A DNA stretch of 64,000 nt from Tubiluchus corallicola (taxonomy: Eukaryota; Animalia; Priapulida). The position numbers were made by a program, and so were the translations under genes. The notes under the pieces were generated by a model. The model did no database searches. It was not told the DNA's origin and was given only the letters and a program-made list of their open reading frames with translations. Where the stretch lies: positions 434,001 to 498,000 of the forward strand of contig JAQGDQ010000065.1 in the NCBI GenBank assembly GCA_030141605.1, read 5' to 3'. Positions 25,130 through 39,149 of this stretch are shown here, in pieces. How positions within the stretch are numbered: the stretch's first letter is position 1; the number at the start of each line of letters is the position of its first letter.

Positions 25130-28100
25130 GAACACAAGCATGGCGAAGTTGTACCTTGTCTGCGCATGTCTTCGCCTGAGTAGTTTTACAGTGAAGTATG
25201 GTGTGTTGTTGCGCTCCGACTGCGCTGGATAGGCTTACATGCAGTAAGATTATCATAGTTTATCCCCAATACGAGTCCGTTTGTAGTACTTCTCTGGCTA
25301 CAAAGTCTGTAATTGCTCTAGTTACATTATGTGAAAAGCGGGCTCGCGTAGTTGTTCCACTACTGGATCACGGTAAACGAAGTAGGAAGCCGTATTCTAC
25401 AAGGATAGGATCGGGTAGAAGAAAGAGGCATTGGTCCTTCAGCAGTTGCGACTGCTCCGCGCTGAGGACTATAAGGTGGTGGCGAAAGACTGGCATGACG
25501 TTCACTTTGTAGAGTGGGTAGACTTGAGTTTAGGATTTTGTCATCAGGAGGCATTTCGCCAAGTAGGAAGGCTTCTGGGAGAGGAGAGGTTACGGAACAT
25601 ACAGGATTGCCAGTAGGAGGAATCTCCTCCTCGCTCAGGTGACTGAGAGGCATGCTCTCTTCAACGTTTGTCTCTGTAGAAATGATGTGTTCACCTGATG
25701 CTTTTGGTAGGATGGACTCTCTTAAAACGTCCTGAACAAATTCCTGGGTAGGATCGTGGGCAGTAACATCGACTGACCCATCAAGGAAATCACAAACTAG
25801 GTCTATAGTAGGACTTTCATCTATTGAGGATTTAAACTCAGTAGGTCTAGAAAGATGTAACGGTGTTGATGTACGAGGCTGGTGGGTAGTAGACGAAAAT
25901 GGAAAGGGAGATAAAGTAGGAGGTTTGATTAGGCAAAACAAATGCTTCTGGCTACTTTGTGAGATAGTCTACGGCCACCAACACGTACTTATTACCAAAA
26001 GATGACCGTGGAAAGGGGCCAGCAATATCTATAGCAATACGCTCTAAAGGAGCACCCAAAGATTTTACATCTTTGCGCATTCCTATCCAGAAATAACGAG
26101 AACGTATACGCGCGAGAGTTTTATTCTGCCCAAAATGTCCTGCTGTAGCACTACAGTGGTATTCTTTCATTATTCTTTCACGAAAAGCACGCGATACCAA
26201 ACGCTGAAAATGGACAGAGTTCCCATCAGGGGATTCCCGTTTGCGAAGTACAATGTCATCTTCTAAACGCAGTGTGTCCCAGTGCGCAAGAAATTTGTTC
26301 CCAGGTGGGCTTAGTAGCTGAAGTGCTTAAAAACCCGATAACAGGAGCTAAGTCGCGGTCATGTATCTGCCCTGTAGCGAAATTTAAATCGAAATCGCGT
26401 AACGTTGTACCGATTTTAGAAACACGGTTCGATTCTGATAGTTGACAAACTTTTTTTTACAGATTTTTCGCCAACTACTTCCGGTATTCCGCAAAAAGTA
26501 CCGCTCAGTAGTTATTTCACAATCTTTTTTTGAGCAATGAGCACAGCTTTCTACACAGGGACGCGTAGAAAGAGCATCCGCATTTTGGTGACTTCTGCCA
26601 GCTCGATGAGTAATGGAATACTGGTACTAATCCAGCTTCCCTAACCATCTAGCTAACTGACCTTCTGGCTTTTTCAGCGAACGAAGCCATCTCAAGGCAG
26701 CATCGTCTGTACGAATTAAAAATTGTCTGCCAAATAGTGATGAAAATTTGCAACTGCTTTTATAACCGCTAATAACTCACTTCTGGTTGCGCAATAATTT
26801 TGCTCAGCTGGAGACAAAATTCGACTATAATAAGCGAGAACACGCTCTTGTCCATCTTGGACTTGCGATAACACAGCGCCTACAGCAACACCACTGGCCA
26901 CCACGTCTGTGTCTAATATAAATTCTTGAGCGAACTGTGGATAAGCTAATACGGGTGTACTGGTTAACAAGGTTTTGAGCCGTTGAAACGCCTGTTCTTG
27001 GGGTTCTTGCCAAACAAACGGTCGGTTCTTTCTTGTAAGATCATGCAATGGGGCTGCAATCTCAGCAAAATTTTTAATAAACTTGCGGTAATACGTGCAA
27101 AGCCCGAGAAAGCTGCGCAGTTCATGCAAAGTTTTAGGCTGAGGCCATTTCAACACGGTTTCTGTTTTGGCCGGATCAGTGTGCACGCCTTTAGCACTGA
27201 CAATATGACCCAAGTAGTTGACCTGTTTTTGTGCGAGCAAACATTTCTTTGCGTTTAGTTTAAGGCTAGATTTACGAAAACGATCTAAAACTTCTTGTAA
27301 CCGCTCGAGGTGTTCATCGAAATTTCGACCGAATACAATAACGTCGTCAAGGTAAATAAGAAGTGTTTTCCAATGAAGCCCCGATAACACTTGCTCCATA
27401 AGGTCGAACGTCACCGGGGCGTTACAAAGGCCAAATGGCATAGTTTTGAACTGCCATAGACCGCGATGAGACACGAGCGCAATTTTCTCTTTGTCCTCGG
27501 GCGCCATTTCGACTTGATGGTAGCCCGATTTGAGGTCAAGTGTAGAGAACCATTCGGCTCCTGAAAGCGCATCTATCGATTCATCTATCCTTGGCAGCGG
27601 ATAGTTATCTTTTACCGTAACCGCATTTAAAGCACGGTAGTCCACGCAACACCTCGTCCCTCCATCTTTCTTCCGCACAAGAACGATCGCGGACGACCAC
27701 GGACTACAAGATGGTTCTATAACATCTTGGGTTTTCATGTCTTCTATTGCCGCATCTAGTTGCTCGCGCTGAGCGTGCCCAAGTCGTCTGGGTTGGGTTT
27801 TAATTGGAGGATAGTTGCGTGTATTAATCCGATGTTGGACCACGCTGGTCCTACCGATATCAGCGGCACCATTTGAAAAAAGACTATTATTTCTGATTAG
27901 AAAATTTTTAAGCTTTTTAAACTGAGATTGGTTAAATTTTGTTTACTTGCTTCGAGTAAATTTTTAACAGGCTCCGAAACCAAATTTTGTTGTACATTGG
28001 CTTTAAACATGCGAAATCCGTTTCTTTTCATCGGCTTGATAGGTTCCGAAATTTCATGGGTAATTTCCCATTCACCAAGTTTTTCATTAGGGTTCAGTGT

Positions 28101-29810
28101 AACTGGGTAAGGAGAAACATTAGCAACGATGGACTTTATTGTAGCAGCGCCAGGGGGAGTGGTTACTCTGCCTATGAGAACGCCATCGGTCCGAAGAGGT
28201 CGATTCCCATAACTGACTATACCCGACGAAAATGGTAACGGCACAGTTGGTTTACCTTCCACCACTGCCTCGGAAAAAGGTGGTACAATCACGCGGTGTA
28301 AATTAAGTACATCTGTACAACCGTCAATTAATGGCGCAAGCCTGACAAATCGACCATCCGGGAAGATGAGTTTGTTTTTGGACACATCTACACTAACATG
28401 ATTGGCTTTCATCCAATCTAAGCCCAAGACACAGTCCTCACCCACAAGATCATCGCGTAACCAGACAGGTACCTGCCCTGACTATTGCGCAGATGTGTTG
28501 CCAAGCTGCAGTGAAACGTCTATTGGGCCTAAACGTTCTATTTCCCCACCCCAACAGCTTTTTGAGAATTTAATAATACATGATCCGGTCGCAACATAAA
28601 TTGTTTTCTAACGGAAGTTTGTGATGTTCCTGTGTCAACTAAAATGCGACAAGTGTTGCCGTCTAATGAACCATCTACGTGCAAACCAATTACACGCTTG
28701 GTGCTACTTTTTGCGCTACGCGTACGGCGTTGCCGAGAATGTTGCGGTTTATTGGAGACTACTTTCTTAGTGTGAGTGGTTTGATGCCTCCCTTGCCAAC
28801 CACCCGCTACTGAAAATGCTGATGAGGTGGTCGTGATTGCCTGTGTCGACCTGAAGACAAATTAGGTCTGAAATTTTTCCCAAAGTTTCTAGGATTATAG
28901 TTCGATTTCGCATAATTCATCCTACGTGCTGAATTTCCATTCTGTTCAGACTGAGAATTAGGGGCTGAAAAGCTTGGAAAGCGAAAATTATTCTGAAAAT
29001 TTGGAGTAAAATTTTGATTCGTGTTAGCTGGTTGAGTCCTATTACTGCAGCATAGGGAAGGACATTCTCTAGCAGTCTAGCTAAATGCTCGACGCCGCCA
29101 CACTTGTAGCAAACTGAACCAGCAGCAGAGCCCGTGAATGTAGGTAGAGGCTTTTCCTGTCGCCCTGTTAAGTCTTCATTCACGATACATGGGCGGCGAG
29201 TTAAGTCGTTGCCGTCATTCACTGACTTGGCTGTTTTACTAAACGCCGAAGTTGTCGAACTGGTAGGATTTTTCTTATGTCCAGATTGTTGCATTTTTAC
29301 TGAACTTTTCTGCGACGCATTAGAAACTTGAAACGTTTCAGACGTACGTTTTGATGTTATACCAATTGATTCGATAGAAAGGGCAGACGCTAACGCATCA
29401 GAGAGATTCGATGGAGAGCTTTGTTGTACATGTATGGCAAGCTCTGGGTCCATCAGGCCATCTATGAACTTCAACGTGAGCTGACTAGTGCTCATATCTA
29501 CAGCCGGGTACGCGCGATGATAAAGTGTTCTAAGAGATTCTGCGTATTGTCTAAGATCCTCATAGCGTGACGTATGCGCGAAATGTAATGAGCCTATACA
29601 CGCTCCCACGATTTTGACAACCAAACCTGCGGCTTAAAGCTGACGAAAGAGCTTGATAATCAGATCGTTGCGAAACAGGCAAAACTTCTAACACGCTTAC
29701 TGCTCGCCCTTTTAATTTTAAAGCCAAGTATGCCCCGGCTTCAGTGTTATTCCAGCCATTTATTTCACGCAATAACTGGAATTGAGCTTCATAGCTCTCC
29801 CATTGTAGAT
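25130..29810 (-). mobile_element. Decayed Ty3/Gypsy internal region (gag, PR, RT, RH, partial IN), no LTRs attached
   Basis: Gag (INGWNNTEAGAYLALKLKG; knuckle CYKCGGVEH), protease ILVDTG ~28635, RT 26716-27843 (CVDYRALN, MPFGL, YLDD), RNase H (LDTD...GAVLSQ), integrase pieces (H..GHFG; ERIAIDIAGPF); stops and frameshifts. Confidence 0.93.
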
Positions 29811-30094
29811 TGAAATGCTATAGCAAAGCAAAACCTGGCGGAAGCTTATGTTTTCTGACGTTCCTGGTACGCTGTCTCTTGCAAGTTGCATGATAAAACT
29901 GATTTTTATTGTTTATAGTACGTCGGTGTTATAAATGCTTACGATATAAATGAACGGAGAAAAAAGGTTTAATTACACTAATTTTAACATTAGCGATAAG
30001 CTAATGACAAATGAAATTAATGCCCAAGTTCATTTCATAAAAAGGCGCCGCCTTATGAAACTGCCCAAAACAGTATACAAAGAGCCTACAGGGT

Positions 30095-30200
30095 GCCATT
30101 TTTTCCTGTGCCATTTTAACTACATTTCGATTTGTGCCGTTTATTCCTGCGCCATTTTCACCATGCCATTTTTTCCTGTGCTATTTTTACTGCGCACCGC
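30095..30200. repeat. Short ~15-bp tandem array (TGCCATTTTTTCCTG-like), probable MITE end
   Basis: About 6 degenerate units ending in GCACCG. Confidence 0.6.
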
Positions 30201-30242
30201 GTACCAGTCAATCATATTATACACTATATGGGATTGATCATC

Positions 30243-30596
30243 TGTTATTCCGTAATGATTCCTGCCGCGGAGTATGGCTGACGGCTTAAGGTAGGCAGCC
30301 CGAGGTAGTCGGAAGACGGCAAACGGAAGTCGGAAGACGGATTATCTGATTATCTGTATGACAGGGACCATTGTTCAGTGTATGTTCATTTTTTTATAAC
30401 TACACAGATTGCGACTCAAGGATTATGTCCAACTCTGTGTGACACGGACCTTACAAAGATTTGAGAGTGTCGGCCACTAATGTATTTCATTATTTGAGAT
30501 TACATTGCATCGACTTATTAAGCGAGTTAGGTAGTAGAGCTTGAGTCAGACAGAAAAATAACTACTTGCTGTAGATGCTCACTCTAGGATAATACA
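30243..30596. mobile_element. Candidate solo LTR
   Basis: Ends TGTTATTCC...GGATAATACA; flanks tcatc/ttatc give a 4/5 TSD match. Confidence 0.4.
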
Positions 30597-31729
30597 TTAT
30601 CTAGCCTTGCCCTTTTTGTGGAACAGTAAAACTGTTTTGTTTCTAACGTCGGCAATAAACGAAATCGATTTAAAATCAGTTCTAGCATTAACGGGTACAA
30701 TAAAGGTATAAAATTCCAATATGCGCACAAAAGCCAGCACAGCACACAAATGCATTGCAAGTAGCGATGCATTACGTATAGTAAATATCATATAAATCTA
30801 CAACATCTATAGGAAATCTTACGGGAGAAACGCAATTCTCTTTAAACTACTCAAGACAACACGTAACAGTGTGATTACTAATGCCTTAAGAATTTCCAAA
30901 TATTTTGGTTGAATTGTAACGTGAAATGGACTCACATTTATACTGCAATTGTGGACGTTTTTAACAGCTTATCGGTCAATCTTTTACAAGGATTACAGTG
31001 AAACACTAATTTAATTGTACTGAAATAGTGAATTGAACCGAATTGAGTTGAATTTATACAGGTGTAAAGACATACAAACATACAAATAATACGATTACCT
31101 TATTATACAGTGATAAAATTAAGACAAAAAGACATGGAACCGCAGCTAGGATAGTACGCAAGAAAATAAAGTATACTATTTCCGTTGCTGTATATAAAGT
31201 CCGCGCCCCATTCCCTGGAAAAACATTTTAGTACAATGTATATAATCATACAACTTTACTAGAATATCAGAACAAGCAGTTAACCCCCCACCCAAAAAAA
31301 ATCCTCAGAGTTCCAGAGGTGTCGTAAAGCTAGGCGTGCGAATGAGACAAAATTTTGTTTAATGAATCGCGCCCTAATTAGCCAAGTGCGCGCATATAAA
31401 CGCGACATCACAAGTCATAGTAAAACTGCTGTGTCTTCCACTTCATGTAATTTTGAAGTATATAAAGTATATGAATGTACCATATAACGTTTAACGAAAT
31501 ACGTCTGCAAGCTACAAAAACATGTTTAACTTCATTGAGTTTTTCTACGTTTGTACTTTAGATTATTATGAGCATGGTGTAAAATTGGGTGCTGTTTTCC
31601 TTTAACTGACGAGAACTGCGTTGAGTAATATGCACTCATAAAATTATTATGAAACTATTTTGTGCACTTAACTTACAAAAATTGTCAAATCATTTAATCT
31701 AACCAGACAACCTTTATGAATCTTTACAG

Positions 31730-33363
31730 GTTATGGTAACATTGCACCGAAAACCATCGTTGGAAGAATAGTGACGATATTCTATGCGGCTGTTGGGATC
31801 CCGCTCACTCTTCTGTGTCTAGCAAATCTTGGTGACTATATGGCTACTGGATTTAGATTTTTTTATAACCGTGTCATTTGCTACACGTGCCGTGAACAGT
31901 CAGATAAAATGATTAAACGCAAACGCTCAACGCGTCATAAACAAAAACCTGTATCTCGATTACAAAAACCATTTCTTGGTCAGCTGGCCATCGATAGTTG
32001 CAACATATTTAATGACGAAACTAGTGCCGAAAAATTTCATTTAACCGAGAAACTTGGTGAGGAGCTAACTATGACAGAACGCTCTGTAAAAGCGACAAAT
32101 GAAAGTGAGCTTCAGCTGATCCCTAAATTTGACCTTGTTCCAAATCACATACAGCATAAGCAGCTACAAAATGAGAACGATGGCATGAAGTATTTGCGGA
32201 CAAAAAGCATGGAAAAAGAAGACAACCTGAGTGAGATTGAAACCACAAAGCCAAAAAGCCGAGTATATTTTCGAAGGCCTAAGTTTTGGAACAAATCCAA
32301 CAAAGCCAAAACAAAAAACAATACTGATCGAACTCAAAAGGAGACCGAAAGACCTCTTACAGCTCCTCTGGCTGGAGTTGATTCAGATGATGATGATGCC
32401 TCAACTTGTAAAGAGGACACAGACCAAGAACAGGAGAAATCAATGATAAACAAAACATTTGAAGAAACCACTAGCCCCATCTCAGATGATGAATATTATT
32501 CAGCTTTGAGGTTTTCTGTGCTTCCCGAACCACATGACAAATTAGAAACCAGCAAAAACAGTGACAATAACAGCGAAGGTTTTAAAAATAAAAAGACAAA
32601 CAATGATTTTGCAGAAAGTAGCAGCTTATTAGAACTTAGTAAAAGTGCCAAAAAATTCAGTAAAGCAATGTCCGAAGGCCCGATCTCGGGAAGTAATAGA
32701 AGTAATAAGAATCAAACAATAAGAACTGTAAAATCAGAAACAGCTCTCAAGAAAAGTGATGATGAAATGATAGAATGTCGTAAACAACGACAGGCTAGTT
32801 TTAGACTATTATACGAGCATGATTATATCAAAGACGGTGTACAGGAGTCACAACATATCTGCGAGGGCGAGCGAAAGGTTCAATTGCCCGAGTTGTCGCG
32901 TCAAAAGCAGATTCGATTTCCATCACCTTCTAAGACATATCCGATCTGTTCCGAGAACAAAAGTCCGTTGAAAGTGCCTAAGCAACCCAGTTATCATATA
33001 AAGGTGAGGAAGACAGCTTCATCACAGGAGTCCAATGAAGTTCCAATACCAGTCTCATTATTACTGTTAGCAGTATATATTTTAGGCGGGGCGTGGCTAT
33101 TTTCCTGGTGGGAGAAATGGTCTCTCACCACAGGTGCTTATTTTACGTTTATAACTCTTAGTACTATAGGATTTGGTGACATTGTTCCAGGTTCTCATTT
33201 TTTCAGTGGCAGTGCAGATCAAACAAAGTATATTTCCACTACCTTGTATGTAGTTTTTGGACTTGCTTTAATTTCTATGTGTTTTAACTTGATGCAAGCT
33301 AGTGTTGTGGCTAAAGTGCGCAGAATAGCTAAGAAACTAGGCATTATACCTGGAGATGCGTAG
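31730..33363 (+). CDS. K2P channel coding exon 2 (rest of pore 1, M2, long loop, M3, pore 2, M4, stop); joined protein 696 aa
   Basis: Acceptor tctttacag|GT at 31729/31730 restores GYGNIAPKTIVGRIVTIFYAAVGIPL. Second pore WSLTTGAYFTFITLSTIGFGDIVPG, M4 YVVFGLALISMCFNLMQ, stop TAG 33361-63. 457+1634=2091 nt, open frame. Confidence 0.95.
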
Positions 33364-35136
33364 CATTGTAAAAAGAAGAGACATTTGGTAACTATTATTA
33401 GTAAATGATACTCTTGGAAGAGCATATGCATTATAAAATTTATATAATAGGCTAATACGTAAAGTTACAAGCAATAATAATGTTATTGTCTTGACATACC
33501 GATTGCTATATACCTAATTGCTTTAGTTTCATAGTTATCAGTTTGGAAGAATTAAGAAACTTTTTAGAGATAGTGTTAAACACATATTAAATTAATTTAC
33601 CTAAAGAAAAATAGAAGACAAATCTATATATTGTGACTCTACCAATCACCTTTACCAGGTTTTATAATAACTACTAGAACAAAAAGAGTTCAATTCCAGT
33701 TCTAAAAATGAGTTAATAATGAGCTTAAAAGCAAACAAATTAACTCCCAAGCCCAGTTTGGGATTTTTGGTCGTTTCAAACTCCTGAAGTATCCTAGTTC
33801 AAAAGGGTATTTCCCCTTGGCAAAACAGCAACGTATCCCCGTATCACCAATCAATAATTAAAAATGCATTTTCATATATCAGGAATGAAAGGTTCAAAAT
33901 GGGACCAACACAGTTCGGTTGAGGGAGGGGGGAAATAAGCGAGGGTAATAAATTCTACTTTACCGTAAAATAACTGCCTCTTGAATCATAAGAACTGGAG
34001 ATTTGTCAAGGCACACATCACACCACACCCATTAACACCTCAGTCGGAGCCTTCAGGTCCTATACAATGTCTAAATTTATAAAAATAAAATAAAATTTAT
34101 CCTGGATAGCACAAAGGAATGTGCAGCTCATTGTTTCAATCGTGGTCTTATCAGTACGTTTCTGATCTGCTTGTGTACGTAGTACTATTATGTTTTTATT
34201 TATCTTATGTTTTTATAACAACACCAATACATATAAAAGCATTCGATACAAGCAAGACAAATAAAAACTTAATAGGACTACGTATACAACGTACGTCAAC
34301 AAAGTATTGTAATTGTTGTGGAAGAAACTTTAGCCTAAAGTTTCTTCTTTTCTGTTGAATTGTAGATTAAAAAATATTTATATGTATTGTATCATTATAA
34401 GCAGGAAGAAGAAATCGGATATCGTTTAAAGATTCAAGATGAGCTACTGTGGCAGAATAAGCGTAAAACTGTGCGCCAGACAGAGTGACGCGTGGAGAAC
34501 GTATTTTTGTTAGTTATCAATCGTTTTTGGACGTTAAGTTTGTTAAATATGAAAGATATCATAAATGATGTTAATATTCTGTTGGCCAGTGTAGACTTTA
34601 AGTAAGAAAGTGACAAAACTTATAAAAATATCTGTATAAATACGCAGTTTATTCACGCTTAGGTATATTATCGTATATATAAATTATGCCAGTTTCCATA
34701 ATTTTAGTTAGGGTTATAGAAATGTACTTATACAAACCGTACTGTTCTCAAATTATTAAGAACTGTCATATGGACAAGTTACTAACATATTATAGGGGAA
34801 AAAGAGGGTTCTGTTGACCAACCTTGTTAGAAAAACTTGAATAAAATCATGAAGATGACACACGTATATGTTGTAAAAAAAAGCATGTTGAACATTCCCC
34901 AAAGTAGTCAGAATTTTTACAAAGGCCTTTAAGTATGAATGGGACCGATTCGCAAATTGTGAAATGCGTAAAAGCTAAAAACTTGACTATCATATGGAAC
35001 AAAAGTTTTTAGATGGAACAATCAAAATTTTAAGATCATTCATGACTGTTTTGGGGTGATTTCATTTCGATACTTTCTCAATATAAAGCCCGACAATTGT
35101 TCTACGAGCTTTAATGCAGTAGTAATCCGATCACTA

Positions 35137-36002
35137 AGGCGGTTGATGGTAAAGATCTAGGAATGCAATGGAAACAACAACAACGATTGGCAGATCTGGA
35201 CTTTGCTGACGATATAGCTCTTCTGGAAACATCAAAAGAAAGCCTGCAACAACTGACCACAAGTATGGAAGAAGTAGCGGGAAAAATTGGATTGAGAATT
35301 AGTCAAGAAAAGACCAAAGTTTTGAAAGTGTGGACAAACCAACAGAATGATGTACATATAACAGTGGGAGGCCAAATGGTTAAGAACGTTACCAGTTTTT
35401 CATATCTGGGCAGTGTGATGACCTGTAATGGAGGTACAGAAAATGACATCGGGGGAGAATTGGCAAAGCAACAGCAGTATTTAGGAAGATGGGAAAAATC
35501 TGGACAAGCAAGAAAATTGACATGAAAATCAAACTTCGTCTGTACAACGCCATTGTGCTGCCAACGGCTCTCTATGCCAGCGAAACCTGGAAAGTCACAG
35601 CGGAGTTATCAAAGAAACTGAACGTCTTCCACCAAAAATGCCTTCGAAAGATACTAAAAATCTCCTACCGCGACCATGTCACCAATGTAGAAGTTCTTCA
35701 ACGAGCGCAGTCATTGCGGTTACAAGATATAGTTACAGAGAGAAGAATGAAACTGGCTGGACATATTCTCCGTCTATCAGAAAGTCGCTACGCCAAAACA
35801 GCAGTACAGTGGGAACCACCTGGTGGGAAACGAAAAAGAGGTCGGCCAAAAACAACGTGGCGCAGATCCTTCAAAGAAGACCTTCGAGCTGTCAACAGAC
35901 GTTGGGAAAACGTAGAGAACGAAGCCGCCGATAGAACTCAGTGGAAAATGCTGTCTGCCCAATGTGCATCAATGCGCAGGAAGGACTAAGGTCTAAGGTA
36001 AG
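35137..36002 (+). mobile_element. 5'-truncated RTE-clade LINE, young
   Basis: LADLDFADDIAL, FSYLGS, YASETW, GKRKRGRPKTTW; tail taaggtctaaggtaag; perfect 15-bp TSD GTAATCCGATCACTA at 35122-36 and 36003-17; one frameshift ~35450. Confidence 0.95.
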
Positions 36003-37289
36003 GTAATCCGATCACTACAGTATAGTTGAAGTCAAAACGAAAGTTCCCTCCAATAAATTTAATTATTCATACCAAGTAAAGTTTGAGCGAAGAAATATTA
36101 ATAAATAAGTTCCAAAGTATTTTTTTCAAAAAAGTGATACAGAGAGACTTTAATAGTTTACGAAAACAAAAAATATTGCATGAAGAAAGTTAAAAAAGCC
36201 AAGAATGAAGTAAAGATTATGTGAGCCTTGAACACTTGTTTGATTGGATGGCTCTTGTTACACGGAGAACATTCATTAATTGTTTTTGTCAGCTTTTTCC
36301 TCACGACTCGCCATATTTGTATTTTTGCCACGAGTACTAGATCGTTTTGCATTGGCAACTTTGTCTTTTGCATCACTGCGCGTTTCATTAACAACTTTTG
36401 CGCTGGCTATGTTGCCTTGCTTTATGGAATCTCGATTTCGTTTGGCGGATTCCTGACCCAAACACAATGTGACTGCATCGTTAAAAGTTATGTCGGCAGA
36501 CACTTCGACAAATAGTACGTCATATTGAGTTTGCTCAGTATCATTTGCAAGTCTGGACAACCTAAAATACGGATCCCATTTTATTTTTGAAGTGCAAAAT
36601 GCATGTGCTCTATGTAGTGATAAGTCTAACAATCCCGGTCGTATATAGCAACTGAACGCAAGTCGGATCTTGTCTCTGCATTATGAGATGGATTTGGAAT
36701 TAGCCAATCTATCAACAAGACCAGCATCATAATTATTAACTTCCGCCATTCCAACTATTTTAAATAAATTGGGAATTTATGATGAAGCACACGAACGGTA
36801 GGATCAAATTGTTCGACGATTAAAATCTAGAATGCGACTCTCAATACTGGTTTCCACGTGCTACGCAATGTCAACCCTAAATTCATTTATGTTTTAAATG
36901 TTGTCGACTGTTCCATGCTCTATACACGCATGGATTATGACGGACGAATTTAAAAGATAACCCAAACATTTTATTTAGAAGTAATTAAGTGCAGAAATCC
37001 TTTTTTATTTGCAATATTTTTAGGTTAGAAATGTATAACGTATAACCTTTGTTGCTGCTCTGCAAGTAAATACGCCACTAAAGAAGCACGTAACGCCAGC
37101 TATTAACAAAAATGCAAACTCATGCCCTATTAAGCAAAATTATTGATTGGTTAAATATTAATAGATTTGGACATTAGTACAAGTCGGATCAATAAACTGA
37201 CTTCAAAGAAAAAGAAATCTCAAACAGTATGTGTACCACTACTCTTAAAGAAACAGTAAAATATTACTTGAATAATAATTTAAGAACAT

Positions 37290-37760
37290 ATTGTACAACA
37301 TAATTCTATAACATATACTGTACCAAATAAAGTGTGTTTGACGCTTCCAAGGCATTTGACTGTTTTGTCCAAAGGTTGTAAAATAAATATATTTAAACTA
37401 TTTGACAGATTACATTATTGTAAGCGCTTTAAGAAATTAATTTCAAGAAAAATTCCCGTCTACTATTGCTAGGAGTAATTTTAAATAGTATGCTGATAAA
37501 AAGTTTGTGTATCTTAGCCCATTATTCAGAGATCGTTTCAGTTACCAACGGTGTTAGACAGAGAGGTGTGTTGTAACCGCTCTTGTTTGGTGATATACCT
37601 TGAATGCCTGTCAATTAACTTGTAAAAATTTAAACCTGGTTAAAATGTAGGATATTAAGCTCTGTAGTGCTATTTCATACGCTGATGATTTGTCATTATT
37701 AAGTCCTAAAATTGAAGCTAAGCAAAACAAAAGTTAAGAGTACATGTAAATGTGATATGG
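37290..37760 (+). mobile_element. Highly degraded LINE RT fragment
   Basis: DASKAFD (37320), GVRQRGVL (37550), YADDLSLLSP (37678). Confidence 0.65.
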
Positions 37761-38344
37761 TTTATCCTTGTAGTAATATGCTTACTAACATAGCGCCACG
37801 ATTTCGTTTATAGAGCAAACTTTGTGAAAAGTAGTTTCTCATTTTTGATCAGTGACTTAAAAACAAATATTTTTATAATCTATTGTCAAGCTTTCTACGG
37901 CAACCAGCCCTGTATACTCGTTAACGACAACATACTGCAGAATTTACCAAACATCATTCATAGATTTATCTTGGCGCAAGTCAGTGATGTTCTTCAGCCA
38001 CTTAGCCAGTTCGAGAAATGTTTCATTAAATTTTATTTATCTTGTTTGAGGAGTAGTCATATTCTAGTAAGTCACTTTGTTAGAGAAGCGGTTTTTCTGC
38101 GGTGAGGTCAATTATTAGCGACATCTTGCAGTTAATGTTTTATAAATAAAATAATAACTCAAACCGTCACGATGTGAAACATTTACTATCTTGTACTGAG
38201 AATTTCTCAGAAGTTGTACTGAGAAATCCTGCAACTAGATGAAGCAAAAATTGCAATATGTTCAGCTTGTCAGATACATTACAAGTTATCAAAACAAATA
38301 ACAATTTCCTTGAAAAACGAGCTAATTTCTATTGTGACTCAGTT

Positions 38345-38635
38345 GCTGTGGTTGGCATCCTTCTGTCTCGGAATACAATGGAGTGTGCGCCAAGAGAGTC
38401 AGTTACTGATCACATTGATGGATCTGCAGCGTCGACTGTGCGATCCTTGGGTAAGGGCGCACGCCTGGGTAAGGTGTATTGGGATCCTGAGTTGCCCAGA
38501 CAACAGGAACCCCCTCTCTTCCTCGCTGGTGTAGTCCAAAGGAAAGCGGAGCGACACGTTCGGCACCAGGAACTGCCGGAGTCAGTGTGCATTGTCACTA
38601 AATTGTACCTCAATGCGAATAAATGATGAAAATAA
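38345..38635 (+). mobile_element. Short GC-rich SINE-like element resembling an RTE 5' UTR, with AATAAA and (TAA)n tail
   Basis: GGTTGGCATCCTTC...CCTGGGTAAGG...CCCCCTCTC...GTAGTCCAAAGGAAAGC...GGCACCAG; the RTE 5'-UTR resemblance is from memory, not from a search. Confidence 0.5.
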
Positions 38636-38750
<115 letters not shown>

Positions 38751-39149
38751 GCTGACGCTGACATTATTTGGTCTCCGGACATAAACGTAATGATACTTGG
38801 TATTTATTTTACGGAATAATAGGGCTCTTAAGGGATTCTTGATTTTTCCTGCAATCTTGTATATCTTGCTTTGATAATCAAGTTTGTTTTCTGTGGGAAT
38901 ATGCCAAGGCATGATATTTCCTTATTTCTGGTGAATATTGTACGGGTTGGCACGACTGGAAAAAATTCATTTAGTGTTTCGAAATTTCTAATTTATGGAA
39001 GCGTAGCAACTGATTTATAAAAAGGTAAGGCAGAGAGGGCAACAATCGCTACCATACCCGCTCTTAAGAAGGCAAGCAAGGCATCAGAACTAGGTGGTTT
39101 TACGATTTTGGCATGGACAAAACATAGCTTATCATCACTGTATTTCGTT

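Noticed and set aside
36276-36750. 118-aa minus-strand ORF as a host gene
   Set aside because: Non-ATG start, upstream in-frame stop and no splice support; ITFNDAVTLCLGQE looks like a decayed gag remnant.
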